DNA of 64,000 nt, taken from positions 32,054,001 through 32,118,000 of the forward strand of contig OX597828.1 of the NCBI GenBank assembly GCA_951406725.2, given 5' to 3'. Shown piece by piece: positions 1 through 15,216 of this stretch. The notes under the pieces were generated by a model. The model made no database searches. It was not told where the DNA came from and worked only from the letters and a program-made list of their open reading frames with translations. Made by a program: the position numbers and the translations under genes. Numbering within the stretch: position 1 is the first letter of the stretch; every line of letters begins with the position of its first letter. The stretch is from Octopus vulgaris (lineage: Eukaryota).

Positions 1-2292
1 TAGACATCTTGAGATATGAATTGAACAGTTTCTTATTCGGGACACGACCTAATACTAACAAGCAATTTATACCACTTGTTTCAATATTACATTTCGGAAA
101 ATGATGTCAGAAAATCTTCTCTCTGCATATGTAACATTTAAGTCTGGGTAAAAATAATAATAATAAAGCAGAATGAAGCGAAACATTGCATTATGACAAA
201 TGTCAAAAGCATCATTGCCAGAAAACCTGTAATATCCGTGGGGAAAAATATAAGCAGGTTTAATGAGTACAGACATAACTATTTGAGACGTTGTAGTATT
301 TGAATTTCAATTGCGTGACGTGACTATTTTGAAAACAAAATCTAAATTGTACATGATTATGGCACGAGAGGAATCTTTTAAACTTAGAGTAGATACCTTA
401 TTTGGTGAACTGGAACATAAATTCAAGAAACACATTTCATGTGTTAATGTCGGAAAATACGATGAAAGCGAAGCAATTACGGTTATTTATCACTCGTAAC
501 ATTTCAAAATATCCTTATAGAAATGATGGTCACATAGGTGCCTATCCACAGACAGCGTAGTTTCTTTCATTTTTCTTCAAGATACTGATTAATCTTCATG
601 ACATGTACAACTTGAACTCTCAGTAATGAATCACAGAATCCTATAATATATTTTAATTACCAATTGAAATTTACTTACTTATCACCTTGTCTATCGTAGT
701 AGACATTTCTGAAACATATTAACTAGAATTTCCATTTTGTTGGTGCAAAAGAAAAATATTTGCAAGGCAACTTCATATCGTAAACACGTATATCCACAAT
801 AGAATTAATGAGCACACAGTAGCTGTTTTCTTTTCAATATATTCCACGAAAAGTGTTAGCATTACTTTGTGCAGTTGTTTTCGGTTGTGAAGAGGTTTTT
901 TTTTTAATATTTCGACCAACGTTTCTTAATTTTCTGCATACACACCGTTAATTGGGTACATGTCATTTTCTGTATAATGTTAGGGTGTTTTGACTTGCAC
1001 ACAAAATTTAGCTATAATTTTTCAGTTCATCTCTTAACTTTCTTAATGAATAGATTATACGAGGGTTTGCTTACTAATGCTTGTATCTATACGGTTTCAA
1101 TTTTTATAACAATACCCTTTGATTAGATGTGAATATTGAAGTATAGTAATGAGAGTTAAGCACATAAACATGAAAAATTAAAACCTGAATAACTCGCATG
1201 ATTACTGTGTTTAGCGGGTCATATCATAAAATGTATAATACGAGTAATATTCATGTAAATTTGGCATAACATTGAGAAAAACATAAATTATGACAAATAA
1301 ATCGTGAAATCAATAACAACTAATAACCCGAAAACCAATCTACCATCATTATATTTTAGCACTCAATGTAACAGGCTCTATCAAGCGCTATCGGACCATT
1401 GGAGGAGAGCTCAAAGATGTCACTATGGGTAGAAAAGAAATGATTATTCCATTTACTTTCGAACCGCACTGTTTGCTTTCACACGATAAGAAAAACGGAA
1501 TTCAAGTTCCAACAACAAAATAAATACAACAAATATGTCAGATCACACAGTACTAATGAACTTTACATTTTCTGTTATATACCGGTTTACTGCTCATTCA
1601 GGACATTCAAAAGTATATCCAAAAAACCCTAGGCTAATAGTTAACTGCTGAATTTCTATTATTTGAGAACTGGGTGTGTCGAGCTCCACTGACACACGTA
1701 GTGAGCGGCGAAATTTCCCTGGGAGGAGGTTTCATATTAATAAGATCAACTTGACTTATATCTTTTCCGCAGTAAAAGATTATGTCTAAAACTTTGACCT
1801 GAACTGCGAAAAAATAAACCTCTAAATTTCTTGAATGTTTTCCATGAACATAACTTCATTCACTCATAGTTACTCTAGATGACAATAAATCACAGAACTG
1901 CTTACATTTCTTAGATATTGAATCACCTCCTAAAAGACAAACAAACTTACGTTAGGGGAGGTTTTATTTTAATATTTACACGCTCGAATATCTATGAATG
2001 ATCGACGCATTGTGTGTCAATTAGTATAAGGCTAATTGATACAGAGGACAGAGTGAATGATCTTAACTATATAACCAGTCTATTGGAGCACACCGATGTT
2101 CACCTATTTTAGCCACAAGGACGTACAGTATGTCATCGTCATTCAGGAAGATGTTTGCGTCTTCTCAGATGCAATATTATGAATGGTAATAGCCTGGGTA
2201 AAAACATACTATATCAGCAGATATATAAGATATATATGTGTGTGCGTGTCTATATATGTATATACATATGTGTGTGTGTATGCTTGTGTCTC

Positions 2293-2349
<57 letters not shown>

Positions 2350-3417
2350 ATGTGTGTGTGTGTGTATCTACATAAGTATATATGTATGTGTGTGAAGTTT
2401 ATGTGCGTTGGGTGCGGATTTTGTATCTAATACTCGCGTAATAATGTTCAATTATTGTTATCATCTAACCAGAAATGGAATCTGGAATATACATAAAGGA
2501 TTTCTCATTGTCAAATACATAACATGAACTAAGTGTAAGTTTGTGTATGAAAATAACTTCTGACGGTGAATCCCTCTCTTCATTGTACGATGTTAAATTG
2601 CCAGAAACTCATTCCAAATCATTTCTATCTTTTTCTTCTTGGTTTGAAGATAGGCTCATGCTACCTCTGATAAGATAATCGATATCGAGTTGAAGCACAG
2701 CAGTCTGGTTGGTCGTTACTATTTGGCTTTATTCATTATTTGCTATAAAGAAGAGGTGCCAAGACGCCGTAAATATTTTCATAATAATATTTAACCTGGC
2801 TATATTGATGCCAGCCTCATTTCACAGTTCTTATTATATTGCATATAAATGGGAGCTTTAAAATTATCTTTAGCTATATGACAATATTCATCATGCTGTT
2901 TCTATTACTTTGTGCTTCCTTAACAATGTGAAAATATATTTAGCTGGGCTGCAGCTGTCTACTGAATGTCACTAGATGCATGACTAGGGATTTCGACTGC
3001 ATTTCTGAATCGAATAAAAGGCAACATATTGTCTAGTGGGACTTAGAAACTAACCACAAAGGAATACAGATAATATCTCCTATATATTCACCAACAAGAG
3101 TGCTACATTATTCTTTGTTTATTAATACATTTTAGTTAGCGTGAAGGCATGAAATAATGAGTATTTCGATGTGGATTAAAATTATCAATGTATTACAAAA
3201 ATTCGTTTATCTCAATAAGTTGATTTGCCTGAATGGAAAAAGGCAATGCAATATTTTATAATCCAAATATGAGAAGAATTGTAGCAAAATAGAGAAAAGA
3301 GAAGAAAATTCCGTCATATCCCAGTTAATATGAATTTCAATTAATCCTTCTGCGACAGTGGAATTATTCTCAACGCGCGCACACACACATGTATATGTAC
3401 ACAAATGCATACCTATA

Positions 3418-3724
3418 TCTTTTACTTGTGGCAGTCATTAAACCGTCGCCATGCTCGAGCATCACGAATGGTTAAATCGAACAGGCTGGCTGCAGTACTT
3501 ATTTTAAAGTTTGGTGGGGACAGATACGCACAAACATGAATACACGCACTCATAGGCGCACACACAAACATGTCGGGATTTGACACAGTCTCCGCCTAGA
3601 ATATTCACTAGCAAGACATTGGATGCTCTGGAGCTATAGAAGACTATACATGCCCAAGATGCCAAGCAATGTGACTCGACAAGAAGTCACATAGTTTCCA
3701 AGTGAACTTCCTAACTACACAACT
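3418..3724 (-). mobile_element. Decayed tRNA-derived SINE (family with internal CA/TA microsatellite and CAGCATGGCC..GAAAC tail)
   Basis: Similar by eye to copies at 22760, 28505 and 60595 (gccatgct.gagca; gcccaag.tgcca.gca). Confidence 0.65.
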
Positions 3725-3974
3725 TTATACACATATGCATACAATACAGATTGTTCTTTAAAATGCTTGGTATCTTCTATTCGTTTCTCCTGCCTATCAG
3801 TGCCTATGGTTAGCAATGATGACAACCGACAGAGTACGATTGTGAATATAAGCGTTCGAAATTATATGACTCCGTATAATATCCAAAGTAACGTTACTTG
3901 AGGTACATAGCTAAGATATCAGGGACTCGCCCAGGTCGAGGCGTTACTTCTGCGTATTGAGTGGCCATAGTCTA

Positions 3975-4121
3975 AGAAATCGCCCCCAGGATTTATTCTT
4001 TGTAAGCCTAGTACTGGTCCTATGGGGATTTTTGCCGAATCGCTAATTTACGGGCACGTAAACGCACTAACTACCGTTGTCAAGCGATGCTGGGGAAAAT
4101 AAACACATATATACACAAATA

Positions 4122-4168
<47 letters not shown>

Positions 4169-4210
4169 TGCATGTATGCATGTATACGACGGCTTCTTTC
4201 AGTTTCCGTA
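3975..4210 (-). mobile_element. Internal fragment of the same SINE family
   Basis: ttattctttgtaagcctagtact...ccgaa.cgctaa...gttgtcaagcgatg aligns with 22830-22935. Confidence 0.7.
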
Positions 4211-4211
4211 T

Positions 4212-4258
<47 letters not shown>

Positions 4259-6610
4259 ATTGTATTTCACTGTTCCTACTCTTCATCGATTTAAGTTATT
4301 GTTATGCTTTCTCTGGCGGTTGTGACCAAATCGGCAACGCTGATTAATAGAGCTTTCTCTTTAATGACATTATCTGTAGATTAAACATAATCCACACATA
4401 CATTATTGTGATTATCTTTGGCATATATTCTCAATGAATATATTTCTAAACATTTGTCGTCCATGCTACAAGGAGAAACAACTAATTCACAAATTTCAAA
4501 AGTTTTCTGATCTTGTGGCCAGTATATGGCTTATCCATGAATTATATTTATTTTCACTGTAGCATCTGTGAAGTATTTTCTAGTATTCTAAATCTTAATT
4601 CCACGAGTAAATATGAAAACAAGATATAGAAAGAAACTGCAGCAAAGTGTAAATCATGATGCAATCCAGCTGTTATCTCAGTACAATATTTATATCTAAT
4701 AAGTTGTTCATCTCCGGCCGTTTCTTCTAATTATTTAGTTTTGCTTCAAACGAACTACCATCAAGTGATCATAATTATTTTCGTCTATAAAATGAAATGG
4801 GAGATGATTATACCTTGCAAACGAAAATTCAAATAAGGAATGTAGAAACAAATATCAGAGAAATTCAAGAGACGAACTGAAACCAAAGAATATATTTTCA
4901 TCTCAGCTCAAATATTTAATTGTATGTTTATATCTTATTTTCTCTCAATAATTTCAGGTTCAATAGAAAATTGAAAGCGAAACGTTTTTGAAAGCAGTGC
5001 TGTAAACCATGATTAATGATGTTTTGATTTATTCTGTTCAAAATAAAACAAATTCCTTATTTTTGATCTACTGTATATTTATTGTTTAATTTATAAGCGT
5101 AGGCTTTATATTGATTCTTAACTCTACTTAAGTCTACGATTAAGATATGCTGGTACTTTTCTTCTGAAATATGTCGTATAAATGTAAAATAATTGCAGGA
5201 TATAACTGCCTTGTATTGAAAATATATACTATTTTCAGCTCATCGTCAACTATAAATATAGTTTTCTTTTATTAGATTTGAGGTAAATGTTTACAGCGAA
5301 ATTGTATAGCTCATGCAAGCTGACATATTTCCTTTTTGGTACTTGTAGAATAGATTTTAAATCGATGCGAGCGAATTTCATTTAGTTTTTTTTTTTTAGA
5401 ACAATGAACATAACGTCTAGATATTGGGCTAAAACAAAACAAAAACAACTGATGGAACTAAAATATGCATAGAACTTCTTCTATAAAAGCACACACATTT
5501 CTACTTAGAATTTCCGAAACCCGCCTTCGGCCATATCTCAATTTCCTGCATGTAGCAATTGATGGATTCTGCATCACCATTTCTCACCTGATGAATCTAG
5601 TACATCATGGATAGTGACAACGTGCAAATCAGAATATGGCCGCCCTACTAACAAGAATTAACAGTCAAATTCCGTTTCATTGCAGGTTGTTTTTGTAAAC
5701 TAAAAGAACTGAATCTAGCCCTAACAGATAACGCAGTTTGAAGCCAACGGATTCTGCTTATTAGTATTTCTCAGTTCTCATGTACATATAATTCTGTAAA
5801 CTACTTAAAGAAGGGTGTTCAGAAAGTCTCTCTGCAGTTAATTATTTTCACCGCTCAAATATTGTCTAGCCATTTGTAGACATACTCTTTCAACATCTCA
5901 TAAAGTTGTGAAAGTCATGTAAAGTTTACTATATTCTTTTGTAGTCGGTCTGTTCTAATAAACTTCTTCAAAAAACTACAGTGTGGTCGCACCGGAACAA
6001 GTATCAGATAAAGGATGTGCATACATATTTTGTTTCTGTAAAATACTTGATTATAAGTATATAGGTGGGAGAGCATCAATGTATGTTTGTGTGTATGTTG
6101 TGTGTGTGTGTGCATGTTTACGCGTTTGTATGTATCGAGTGTATGTGTGTGTGTGTGGCCATCTGACATGGAGCTAAAGGCTGATAAATTATTTTGTTTT
6201 TGCGATACAAGTGTAGAATTTTCAGTAATTACTGATCGGAAAAGGAAAATTATTCACAGACACTCGTGCGTAAATATATACAATGCAGTTTATCGTATGT
6301 ATTTATATTGAAATATCATATGAGTGCGTGCAATGTTTTGCAATGCTTCGATGTAATAGAAAAGGTTTTGTGCAAATGATATTTAATGCTGCCACCATTA
6401 TTTAAAAGTGGGTATATTTCCATATAACAATTAAGAAGAACATGATGAAACAGCACCTCCAAAGAATCACAATTTTTAAATGTAAAGTGAAAATCTACAT
6501 CGCCTGTGAAAAAATAATTAATTAGTAAAATAAACTACAGTGGACACCTAGCCTTAAATATACAATGCATCGCAGCGGAATGCGATAATATTAAAACAAT
6601 TGAGGAAAAC

Positions 6611-6827
6611 TTGTTTTCTACACTCGGCACAAGGCCAGAAATTTTGGAGGACTGGGCCAGTCGATTAGATGGACCACAGCACGTAACAGGTACTTTATAT
6701 ATCGACCCCGAAAAGATAAAATGCACAGTCAGCCTCGGTGGAATTCTAACTCAGAACGTATAGACAGACGAAATACGTATAAGCATTTCGCCCGGAATGC
6801 TAACTTTTCTGCTAGTTCACCGCCTTA
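6611..6827 (-). mobile_element. tRNA-derived SINE with Nin-like central domain
   Basis: Reverse complement reads ggcggtgaactagcagaaaagttagcattccgggcgaaatgctta...gagttagaattccacc...cggggtcgata; matches 36958 and 46304 copies. Confidence 0.75.
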
Positions 6828-7489
6828 GGAAAAACGAAGAAACTAAAAAGGAAGTGTAGGATTTTGTTAACAGAAAGAATAATTCCTACACTGATCTACA
6901 AGTATAAATAGGCAAGAAAAAGACTCCGGTGAATCAGAGGTATTATATTTATTGAATAATCTTGAATCTAATTCCACTTACGCTAAGTTCAACGATGAAT
7001 TCTAACAATTTTCAAAATAACAACAGTGTGGGGCGTCTAGTATGTATAACAAGGCAATCATTGTGATATTTCACTGAGCAACACATCTCTTGTCTGATGC
7101 GTTATGGATATTTTAAGATAAGGTGCATGCGTGTCAATAACATTGTGGAGTGTTAAGCAAACCAATGAAATGCTGCAAAGTATTATTTCTTTGTTTTCGA
7201 GAAAATATGTGTTTGTTCTTAGTTCGATAGTTCCTTAGTGCTGGTTCCTTCTGTTTTATATTTACCCATTTATTATTATTTTTTTTTGTGTGGCAAGTTG
7301 TATCGAACGAACAGCATTCCGCTTGTGTAATAAAACTTCGATGTAATCACGAATATACGCGTATTGGGTATATTGAATTATCTATGCATTTCCAGCTGCA
7401 TTATGCACAATAATAGATAAGCTGTCAACATTATTCACAATTCCGTCTTCATTTCTGAACCATTTATTCGCAAAGTTTTAGCACATTTA

Positions 7490-7537
7490 AATACATATAT
7501 ACATATATAAGCACACCACATCATATATACATATGTA

Positions 7538-7605
<68 letters not shown>

Positions 7606-7616
7606 AGTATATATAT

Positions 7617-7649
<33 letters not shown>

Positions 7650-7739
7650 AATACCTATATATATATATATATATAACTATCTATACATACCTCTCTATAT
7701 ATGCATGTATATATATATATATATATATATATAAATACC

Positions 7740-7814
<75 letters not shown>

Positions 7815-7850
7815 GTTTGTCTCTATATATGTATATGTATATGTATCTAT
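7490..7850. repeat. Compound (TA)n microsatellite; one of >30 TA/CA/TAGA/GA tracts in the window
   Basis: Directly visible. Confidence 0.95.
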
Positions 7851-8204
7851 TAAAGCACACGCGTTATTTATTTATGTATGTTTGACTGAGGATTTCGAGA
7901 TATTTTTGCTTTAATGCAGTCGCATTAGAAAGCCATTAACAAACCTGCAATCGATTCCTGCTGCCTATAAATATAGAGGAACAATCTGATTTTTAGATGT
8001 TAGATGCCGAAAATGGAAAGGCACCACGATGCAATTGCTGTATGTATATTACTAAATTTTTCTGTTTATGGTGGTGGGTGGATGGAGGTGATATTTTAGG
8101 TGATCATAAGTCAAGAAAGAAAGAAAAAATATTTTCATTATGTATACAACAGCAGCAGGATTGAGTAAAATATGGAGAAATATATATGCGTATATGTATA
8201 TATA

Positions 8205-8255
<51 letters not shown>

Positions 8256-8308
8256 ATATAGAAATATATATAAATATAGATATGTATGAATATATGAATG
8301 CATATGTG

Positions 8309-8362
<54 letters not shown>

Positions 8363-8686
8363 AGTGTGCGCGCGCAGCGCGTGTGCCTATCTGTATGGAG
8401 GATAGAGTACAAAATAAATTTACTCATTGTTTCCAAAATTATACATGCATAAACATAGGAAAATATTTCTAAATCGAGCAAAACGAATTATGAAAGTTAA
8501 ATTTGGAGAAATTAACCTGACGTTTTAAGCACATACACACAGACACACACATACACACGCATACACAAACATACACACCTACATGCATATACATATATCT
8601 TTGTATCCATAAATATATATACATATATGTACATGTATGTATATTTATATAAACACATACACACGCACGCTCACATACACATTCAT

Positions 8687-8740
<54 letters not shown>

Positions 8741-8813
8741 GTATATCGTTAAAAGTGTGCTACACTATACCACAAACAATACTAAATTGTTTCAAATTAG
8801 TGTATATTATGCG

Positions 8814-8875
<62 letters not shown>

Positions 8876-10367
8876 CTTATATTGATTTGCGATATATATT
8901 CCTAATACAAGTCTTCATTGTTTTAAGTTCTACATGTTTTCGAACCGCTCGATAAATCTGGTAATATATTGATATTAAGCAATTGCTCTCTTGGATCAAG
9001 AATAGAAATATAGAACTGAAAACCGTATGGTATATCAGCTCTAAGAGCAGTATTTGAAAACCAAATTATGAGGAATTTGGGAGTTGGTACTTTTCCTTCT
9101 TTTCATTTCCTAAAAAAAAATCTGTTGTAGAAATTCAATATAGCATGTAATTATTCGTTGAACTTACATATCTAGACGCATATATGTGTGATGTGTGTGT
9201 AAATATGTATATATGTAATTGGATGATATGTTTAAGCATGGACTTTTAGAACTTAGCTACTGCTACTAATGTAATAGGTTCCGTTTCTGTTTGGACAGGG
9301 CCGGAGGATAATTCTGTTAATATGTACTAAATGAATCATTTTATCGTCATAAATAGTGCCTTAATAGTTTACAGGATTTCAAACCTCCAACATGATTTAC
9401 TGTGTGCATTTTAACATATGAATTTTTCACATACCAATATATATTTTATTTCTTGAAACGCCTAATAGCTTAAACTCATTGAATAGAAAATAATTCAATT
9501 CCTTTCACCTATATAGTAAATGACACGATATCGATTTATGAATTTAAAGTAATTTTCTTTTGAATATGCCATAGATTATTTATTGAATATACATATATGT
9601 TCTAGCACTTGTAACTTAGCTTCCTTTTACGTGGAAATCTACTGCTCTTGAAGATATTAATGCAATATTTCTATATAACGTATTCTTTTACATAATTTAA
9701 TTTAATACTATAGGATTAGATTTAGAAATTTTATACTAATTAATTTATGAAATATAATGCTCTCGTCCACATCTTTTTCAAATGTGACAGGGGTTAACTA
9801 CATATCTTTCAACAGAAATTGTTACAATTCTTTCACATCGCAAAGTCAAATACTGTCAAAGTTTTGGCCTCATAGAGATTTAATTTTTATACTTTCAATA
9901 TTTCGTTTTGTTTCATACATTTAAAACACGCTTCACGAACGGTTTAAAGCGTTTCCGAATCATCCACCACAAAACCCGAAGCATATTTGATGTGGTTTCT
10001 ATATAAAACATTATTTCAATACAATTCTACTTCCCTTGTTCGTGATGTTTATTCATTACGATACAATTTGATAAGCTTGAAGGTATATACTCAGTTCGCT
10101 TGCATTATATTTTCTGTTCAAATAGAGTGTGACTTTAATATTGTTTATGATTTATTTTGTGGGTTGTCTATATAATTGTAATTTAGCGAAAATCGATCAA
10201 TTGTTAGGTTTTGCGTTATTTAATATACACTGAATCGCATACAAGAATCGCTTATACGCATTTGACTAATTAAAATTCAAGTAAAAATGTTAGACACATA
10301 TATAACTTATTAATCAGCAGCAGTATCAGTTACAATATATTTAATTTATAAGCTTCCCATGCTGTTT

Positions 10368-10403
<36 letters not shown>

Positions 10404-11845
10404 TAGATAGATAGATAGATATATATACATATACATATATATATGTGTGTATACACACACACACACACACATACACACACACACACACATATATATATAT
10501 ATGCATATATGTCTGTAAACAACAGAAATAATATGGAGACAGAGAAAAAGAGACAGACTGACAAAAAGAGACAGTCATATAGAAGCAGCAGCAGAGAGAG
10601 GTCGGAGAAAGAATCTGTTAGCAGTTTCACAATTGCTCAAATAACACGATCGTGAATAAGAGAGTCAACATAGTTTATAAGTGTAAATATTTCCTTAGTA
10701 TCAGACCTCAATCATTTCATTATCGAATTTCTGTTCTTTACTAAATTCCCTGTTTACTGAAAAAGAAACTTTGATTATCAACTAAAATACTTTTGGGAGA
10801 AATATTCATACCCACAGTTAAATTTATAGAATATAAGAGAAGTGTAATGTGCATAAGTACGTCCTTTTGCGTCAAGTATAAAGGAAGTTCTATATTTAAA
10901 CGGTATCTACTATGCTTACAAAGTAGACCTAATCCTTTTTTGTCGATAATCTCAAATCTAAAATCCTTAATTCTATCCGTTAGAAATTTTGCAGTAATTA
11001 AGATATTAATGATAAAAGCATGAAACAAAGAGAATCTTAGGGGTAATTCTTATTACATATGACAAATGAAAATCTGAAAAACGTGGAAAATGTATTGTAA
11101 AAAGGGGACATGAACCCCCCCACACACACACGCTCGCGAAAACACTTGCACAAACACAGACACACAAAAACTCGCGTGCACACGTTTTATCTGTGCACGT
11201 CTAACAGTTAGAATACATTCGATAACATATTTATTTATTGTTAGTACGCTCTACTGGATGCGAACGGGGGTATCAGATTAATGTTATCTTTGTCAAAGGG
11301 GTACAACTCCTGCCCGTTGACTATTGAGTTCATAACACATGATTCGCTAATGTATTTTGATACACAGCGATTTTTCGAAAACCTTAGGTAGCTCTTCATT
11401 CGGAACAACCATCCTTGACCCCTGAATCGATCAAGTGCCAACTAATCATTTTTATGGGAATCAGCAAACAAATTATCTGCTTATTCGTCTTGACAGTTAA
11501 AGAGATCTTAATTTATGTTGTCCAAGCAGATCAGCCACAATACAAACAATATGGAGTTTCTTTCTCGTTAATGTGTCCTAGCAGACTCAAAATTGAAAAT
11601 CTAATCAGCTGAACACTTTAGAAAATATAAGTTCACAACGCGCATGAATCACGTCTATTACTTTAAGTATCACTGCGTGCTTTTACTAAATTCTTCTCTT
11701 CTACGGTGTAGCCTCGATTGATGAGGCACACAAGGCATGTCTCTAATCACCTTACTTTTGTAAATGTGTACGTTTGTTTGTAATAACACACACACATACA
11801 CACACACATACATATACACATACACACACACATACACACACACAT

Positions 11846-11889
<44 letters not shown>

Positions 11890-11942
11890 ACACACATACA
11901 TATACGTATATATATATATACACACATATATATACATATATA

Positions 11943-11990
<48 letters not shown>

Positions 11991-12842
11991 TACATACATA
12001 CAAAGAAGCAGTGGGACCTAAAAGTATAACGAAAGGTATCAAAATCAGGAAGAAATATATACAGCGGAGTTAGGTAGTTCTATGTATGAAATGCAGTTAT
12101 TCATTTAACAAGATATATTGGATTTTTACTTCTGTCTAGACGAAGCACATGGCACTGAATTTTCACTTCACTGACCAGCATCAAATTTAGCGATAAATCT
12201 AAGCTGCTAATATATATGGAAACAATTTTCACAATTGGCAGTTGTTTTGATTTATTCCATCTGAAGCTAATTTCAATTCAGATGTCAATAATAGATTCAT
12301 CATCCACTCATTAGTGATCAATAGTTCATGCCTTATAGAATTTAGGATTTTCACAAATACTTTCTTTTCGCGTCTAAATGTCAGCGGTTTTCCAATAACG
12401 ATTAGCGACGATCACTAGGTTTTGTCGCAATACAATAAGCAAGACGATAAATAAATGAATTATTGTGTCTCTGCTTTGGAGGAAGTACATTTTCCTTATA
12501 TTTTTACGCCTATATTTGACTACAGAACAAATCAATTGCTAGGAAATGTTTTTATTAAATGCAAAATAACAATACATGACAGGTCAACCAATCAGGCGAT
12601 TGCAAAATGTGTTCATAAAATGCAGTATTAAATTGTTGTGTATCATTATCAGCCCTCGTACACTTTCTTATTCGCAATATCATCTATATATCATCAATTA
12701 TGGATATAAGTCGATATTGATGATATCACTTGATATGCAATGTCACATGTACGAAATGAGGGTCGTTTAGTTCCTCGGGATTCTGTCTTGTAATTCATGT
12801 ACTAAAAGCCCTGATATGTGAACTGTTAGAGCTCTGTTATGT

Positions 12843-12880
<38 letters not shown>

Positions 12881-12884
<4 letters not shown>

Positions 12885-13070
12885 AATTGAAAATGGAGAC
12901 AAACACTCAAGATATTAAATCACTTATAACTTCATATCATTGACATATGTTACGATGGATGCATTGAAAGTAGTTGCGAAAAGATGAATAATGATCAGCA
13001 ATGCATCAGTCTCATCAGGGAGGATATAAGCAAGTGCTCATCAGACATTTTAAAAGATATAAGAATCCAA
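12881..13070 (-). mobile_element. Old PLE pseudo-LTR with decayed hammerhead (about 12935-13027)
   Basis: Minus strand CTGATGA-gactgatgcattg...caatgcatccatc-GTAA-catatg-TC; abuts (TA)n at 12845-12880; inverted homolog at about 14470-14640. Confidence 0.65.
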
Positions 13071-13162
13071 AGAAAATTTGACGTATATATATATAAATGC
13101 ATACGTACATACGCATGCACATACACACACACACATACACACACACACACACACACACATAC

Positions 13163-13193
<31 letters not shown>

Positions 13194-13204
13194 TATATAT
13201 ATAC

Positions 13205-13235
<31 letters not shown>

Positions 13236-13467
13236 CACGCACACACACATACATGTATATATATGTACATACACATACACTCATTTGTACACATACGTAG
13301 TGTACATACAAAGAGGAACAAACACAAATATGCACACATATACATATACGGAAAGCTCAGTAACGAAGGGAACGCTAGAATTTGAAAATGCCATTAGGGA
13401 AATATACTTCATAGAGTGAGTGAACAACAGACTTCATAGATAAGTAGGTGGGGGCAGTAAACAAAGT

Positions 13468-13504
<37 letters not shown>

Positions 13505-13568
13505 GAGAGGAAAGGAGCGGGTAAAACTGGTTGGATAGATAAAAGAATGGAAGAAAAAATGTACTCTC

Positions 13569-13604
<36 letters not shown>

Positions 13605-13618
13605 GTATATACACACAT

Positions 13619-13720
13619 ATAAGGCTGAAGTTGTCTGTGTGTGTGTGTGTGTGCCAGGTTTGGTAGCCTTCATCTAGCACTATCTCCTCCGAGACCCTGC
13701 GGCGCAAGTTGTCCAAAATG
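13619..13720 (+). mobile_element. 5' fragment of non-autonomous Helitron-like repeat
   Basis: aaggctgaagttgtctgtgtg...ccgagaccctgcggcgcaagttgtccaaaat is repeated at 14787-14874. Confidence 0.75.
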
Positions 13721-13799
13721 TAGGGAGGAATAAGGATTATGGGATGTAAAAATAAAGAATAAAGAAAAGATAATTTTCAGAAATTATTATTATGTGAGG

Positions 13800-14400
13800 G
13801 TTAGATACTAAAAAGCGAAAGAATGCTTTTTTCCAATGCGAACACCTCTAAACTCGCTCTGTAGGATACAGGATAGAAAATTACTATTCCGTACAGAGGA
13901 CAGAAAGATTTCCTTTTATTACAGGGAAATGATTTATATGAAACTTTCCAATCTAATAAATGAAGTTTGGTAGAGTCTTTAAGATGTCAGATTAGTTTAC
14001 TAACTCCTGTGGAATTATGCTTACTGTTGTATTTGAAGGTAGAAAAGTAGTTCGCCAATCTGCATTTAAAATCCGTAGAAAATAATCCAATATATAAAGA
14101 ATTCCTTGGTTCCAGAGTTAATCTTGCATTGGTACAGGACATTTTTAATAGGGCAATTTCCATTTAGGACACATATATTATTTGGGCCACAGTTGCAAGG
14201 GCTAATATTATTGATATTATAATTTAAGGAGAAATTATCGTTAATATTATTGTTAATATTTTAAAGTTATTAGAGTTATTAAGAGAGACGCTGTTAGCTT
14301 TTAGAATACAGCTGTTATGTGATGATATAATTTGTGAGATATTGCTAGTGTTTGAGGAACCTATTTTGACACGCTGTGTGTTGACAATTTAGTGGTACCT
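13800..14400 (-). pseudogene. Decayed PLE C-terminus (RT thumb/linker + GIY-YIG endonuclease), Hydra-clade-like
   Basis: Manual translation across stops and frameshifts: RYH*IVNTQRVKIGSSNTSNISQIISSHN...CNCGPNNICVLNGNCPIKNVLYQC.../YIGLFSTDFKCRLANYFSTFK..STGVSKLI*HLK..DWKV..CPL..CSH. Confidence 0.8.
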
Positions 14401-14469
14401 TGAATTAATTGACGAACGAAAATTGGAAGGGAACTTTTTACTTGTTTTCCGTATGCAATAATCAACCAG

Positions 14470-14750
14470 ATGCTGTTTCTTATATCTATTCCATGAGCAC
14501 TGTTGTTTATAACCTCCCAGATTGTATTGAAGCATTGTTAGTCATCATTCGTCCTGTCGGATGTATCTTCAATGTATCCATCGAAACCTATTTCGATAAT
14601 ATGAAGATATAAATGATTTTCCTATTTTTTCCCTGAATACGTCTCGCTTCCCGGGACCAAATTCCAAACAAGTGTGACCTGGTACACTTTAACGACATTT
14701 AGCTTACCTTGTAATTATTCCCCTAGATATTTCCTAGAAATTGTACTCTC
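14470..14750 (+). mobile_element. Inverted 5' pseudo-LTR of the old PLE (decayed hammerhead, GAAA at 14583)
   Basis: gagcactgttgtttataacctccc...caatgtatccatcgaaacctatttcgataatatgaagatataaatgatt is the reverse-complement homolog of 12915-13065. Confidence 0.65.
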
Positions 14751-14769
14751 AAATATATATATATATAGA

Positions 14770-15200
14770 TATATACCCATATACATAAGGCTGAAGTTGT
14801 CTGTGTGTGTGTTGTGTGGCAGGTTTGGTAGTCTTCATCTCCTCCGAGACCCTGCGGCGCAAGTTGTCCAAAATTCAGAGTGTGGTAGAAGTCTTGCTCT
14901 ACATTTCGGAGAAGAAAACATTCAAGTCGGGCCATGTTAAGATCAACAATTATTTACATCAAAATGGTGCTTTTTCTTCTATGATAATCCCTATTTTTTG
15001 ACTGATGTGTCGCCATTTTTCGGTGTATTTCAACCAGAAAAATGTTCACTTAAAGAGAATAACAAGCTACAAAATGCACATTTTTTACTTTTTAAAAAAA
15101 GATTGAAACTATGTCAAAACTTTGTTAACGCGACATCAAAGCCTGCTGATTTGAGCGCAACTAAGAAACAAACCCGTGCAACACCGGGCTATAATGCTAG
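14770..15200 (+). mobile_element. Non-autonomous Helitron-like element
   Basis: 3' hairpin cccg-tgcaacac-cggg (15173-15188), then CTAG|T at 15197-15201; embedded in TA tracts. Confidence 0.75.
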
Positions 15201-15216
15201 TATATATATATATATA

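Noticed and set aside
311-730. Possible hAT transposase C-terminal remnant (VDTLFGELEHKF)
   Set aside because: Too few motif residues to support by eye
5585-5625. CTGATGA followed by a hairpin
   Set aside because: No GAAA or stem I closure; same for 26570, 51920 and 52229
11241-11441. 66-aa ORF, possible Tx1/L1 C-terminal remnant
   Set aside because: No diagnostic motif
14998-15216. N-terminus of the 230-aa ORF
   Set aside because: Helitron and TA sequence fortuitously in frame with the PLE RT
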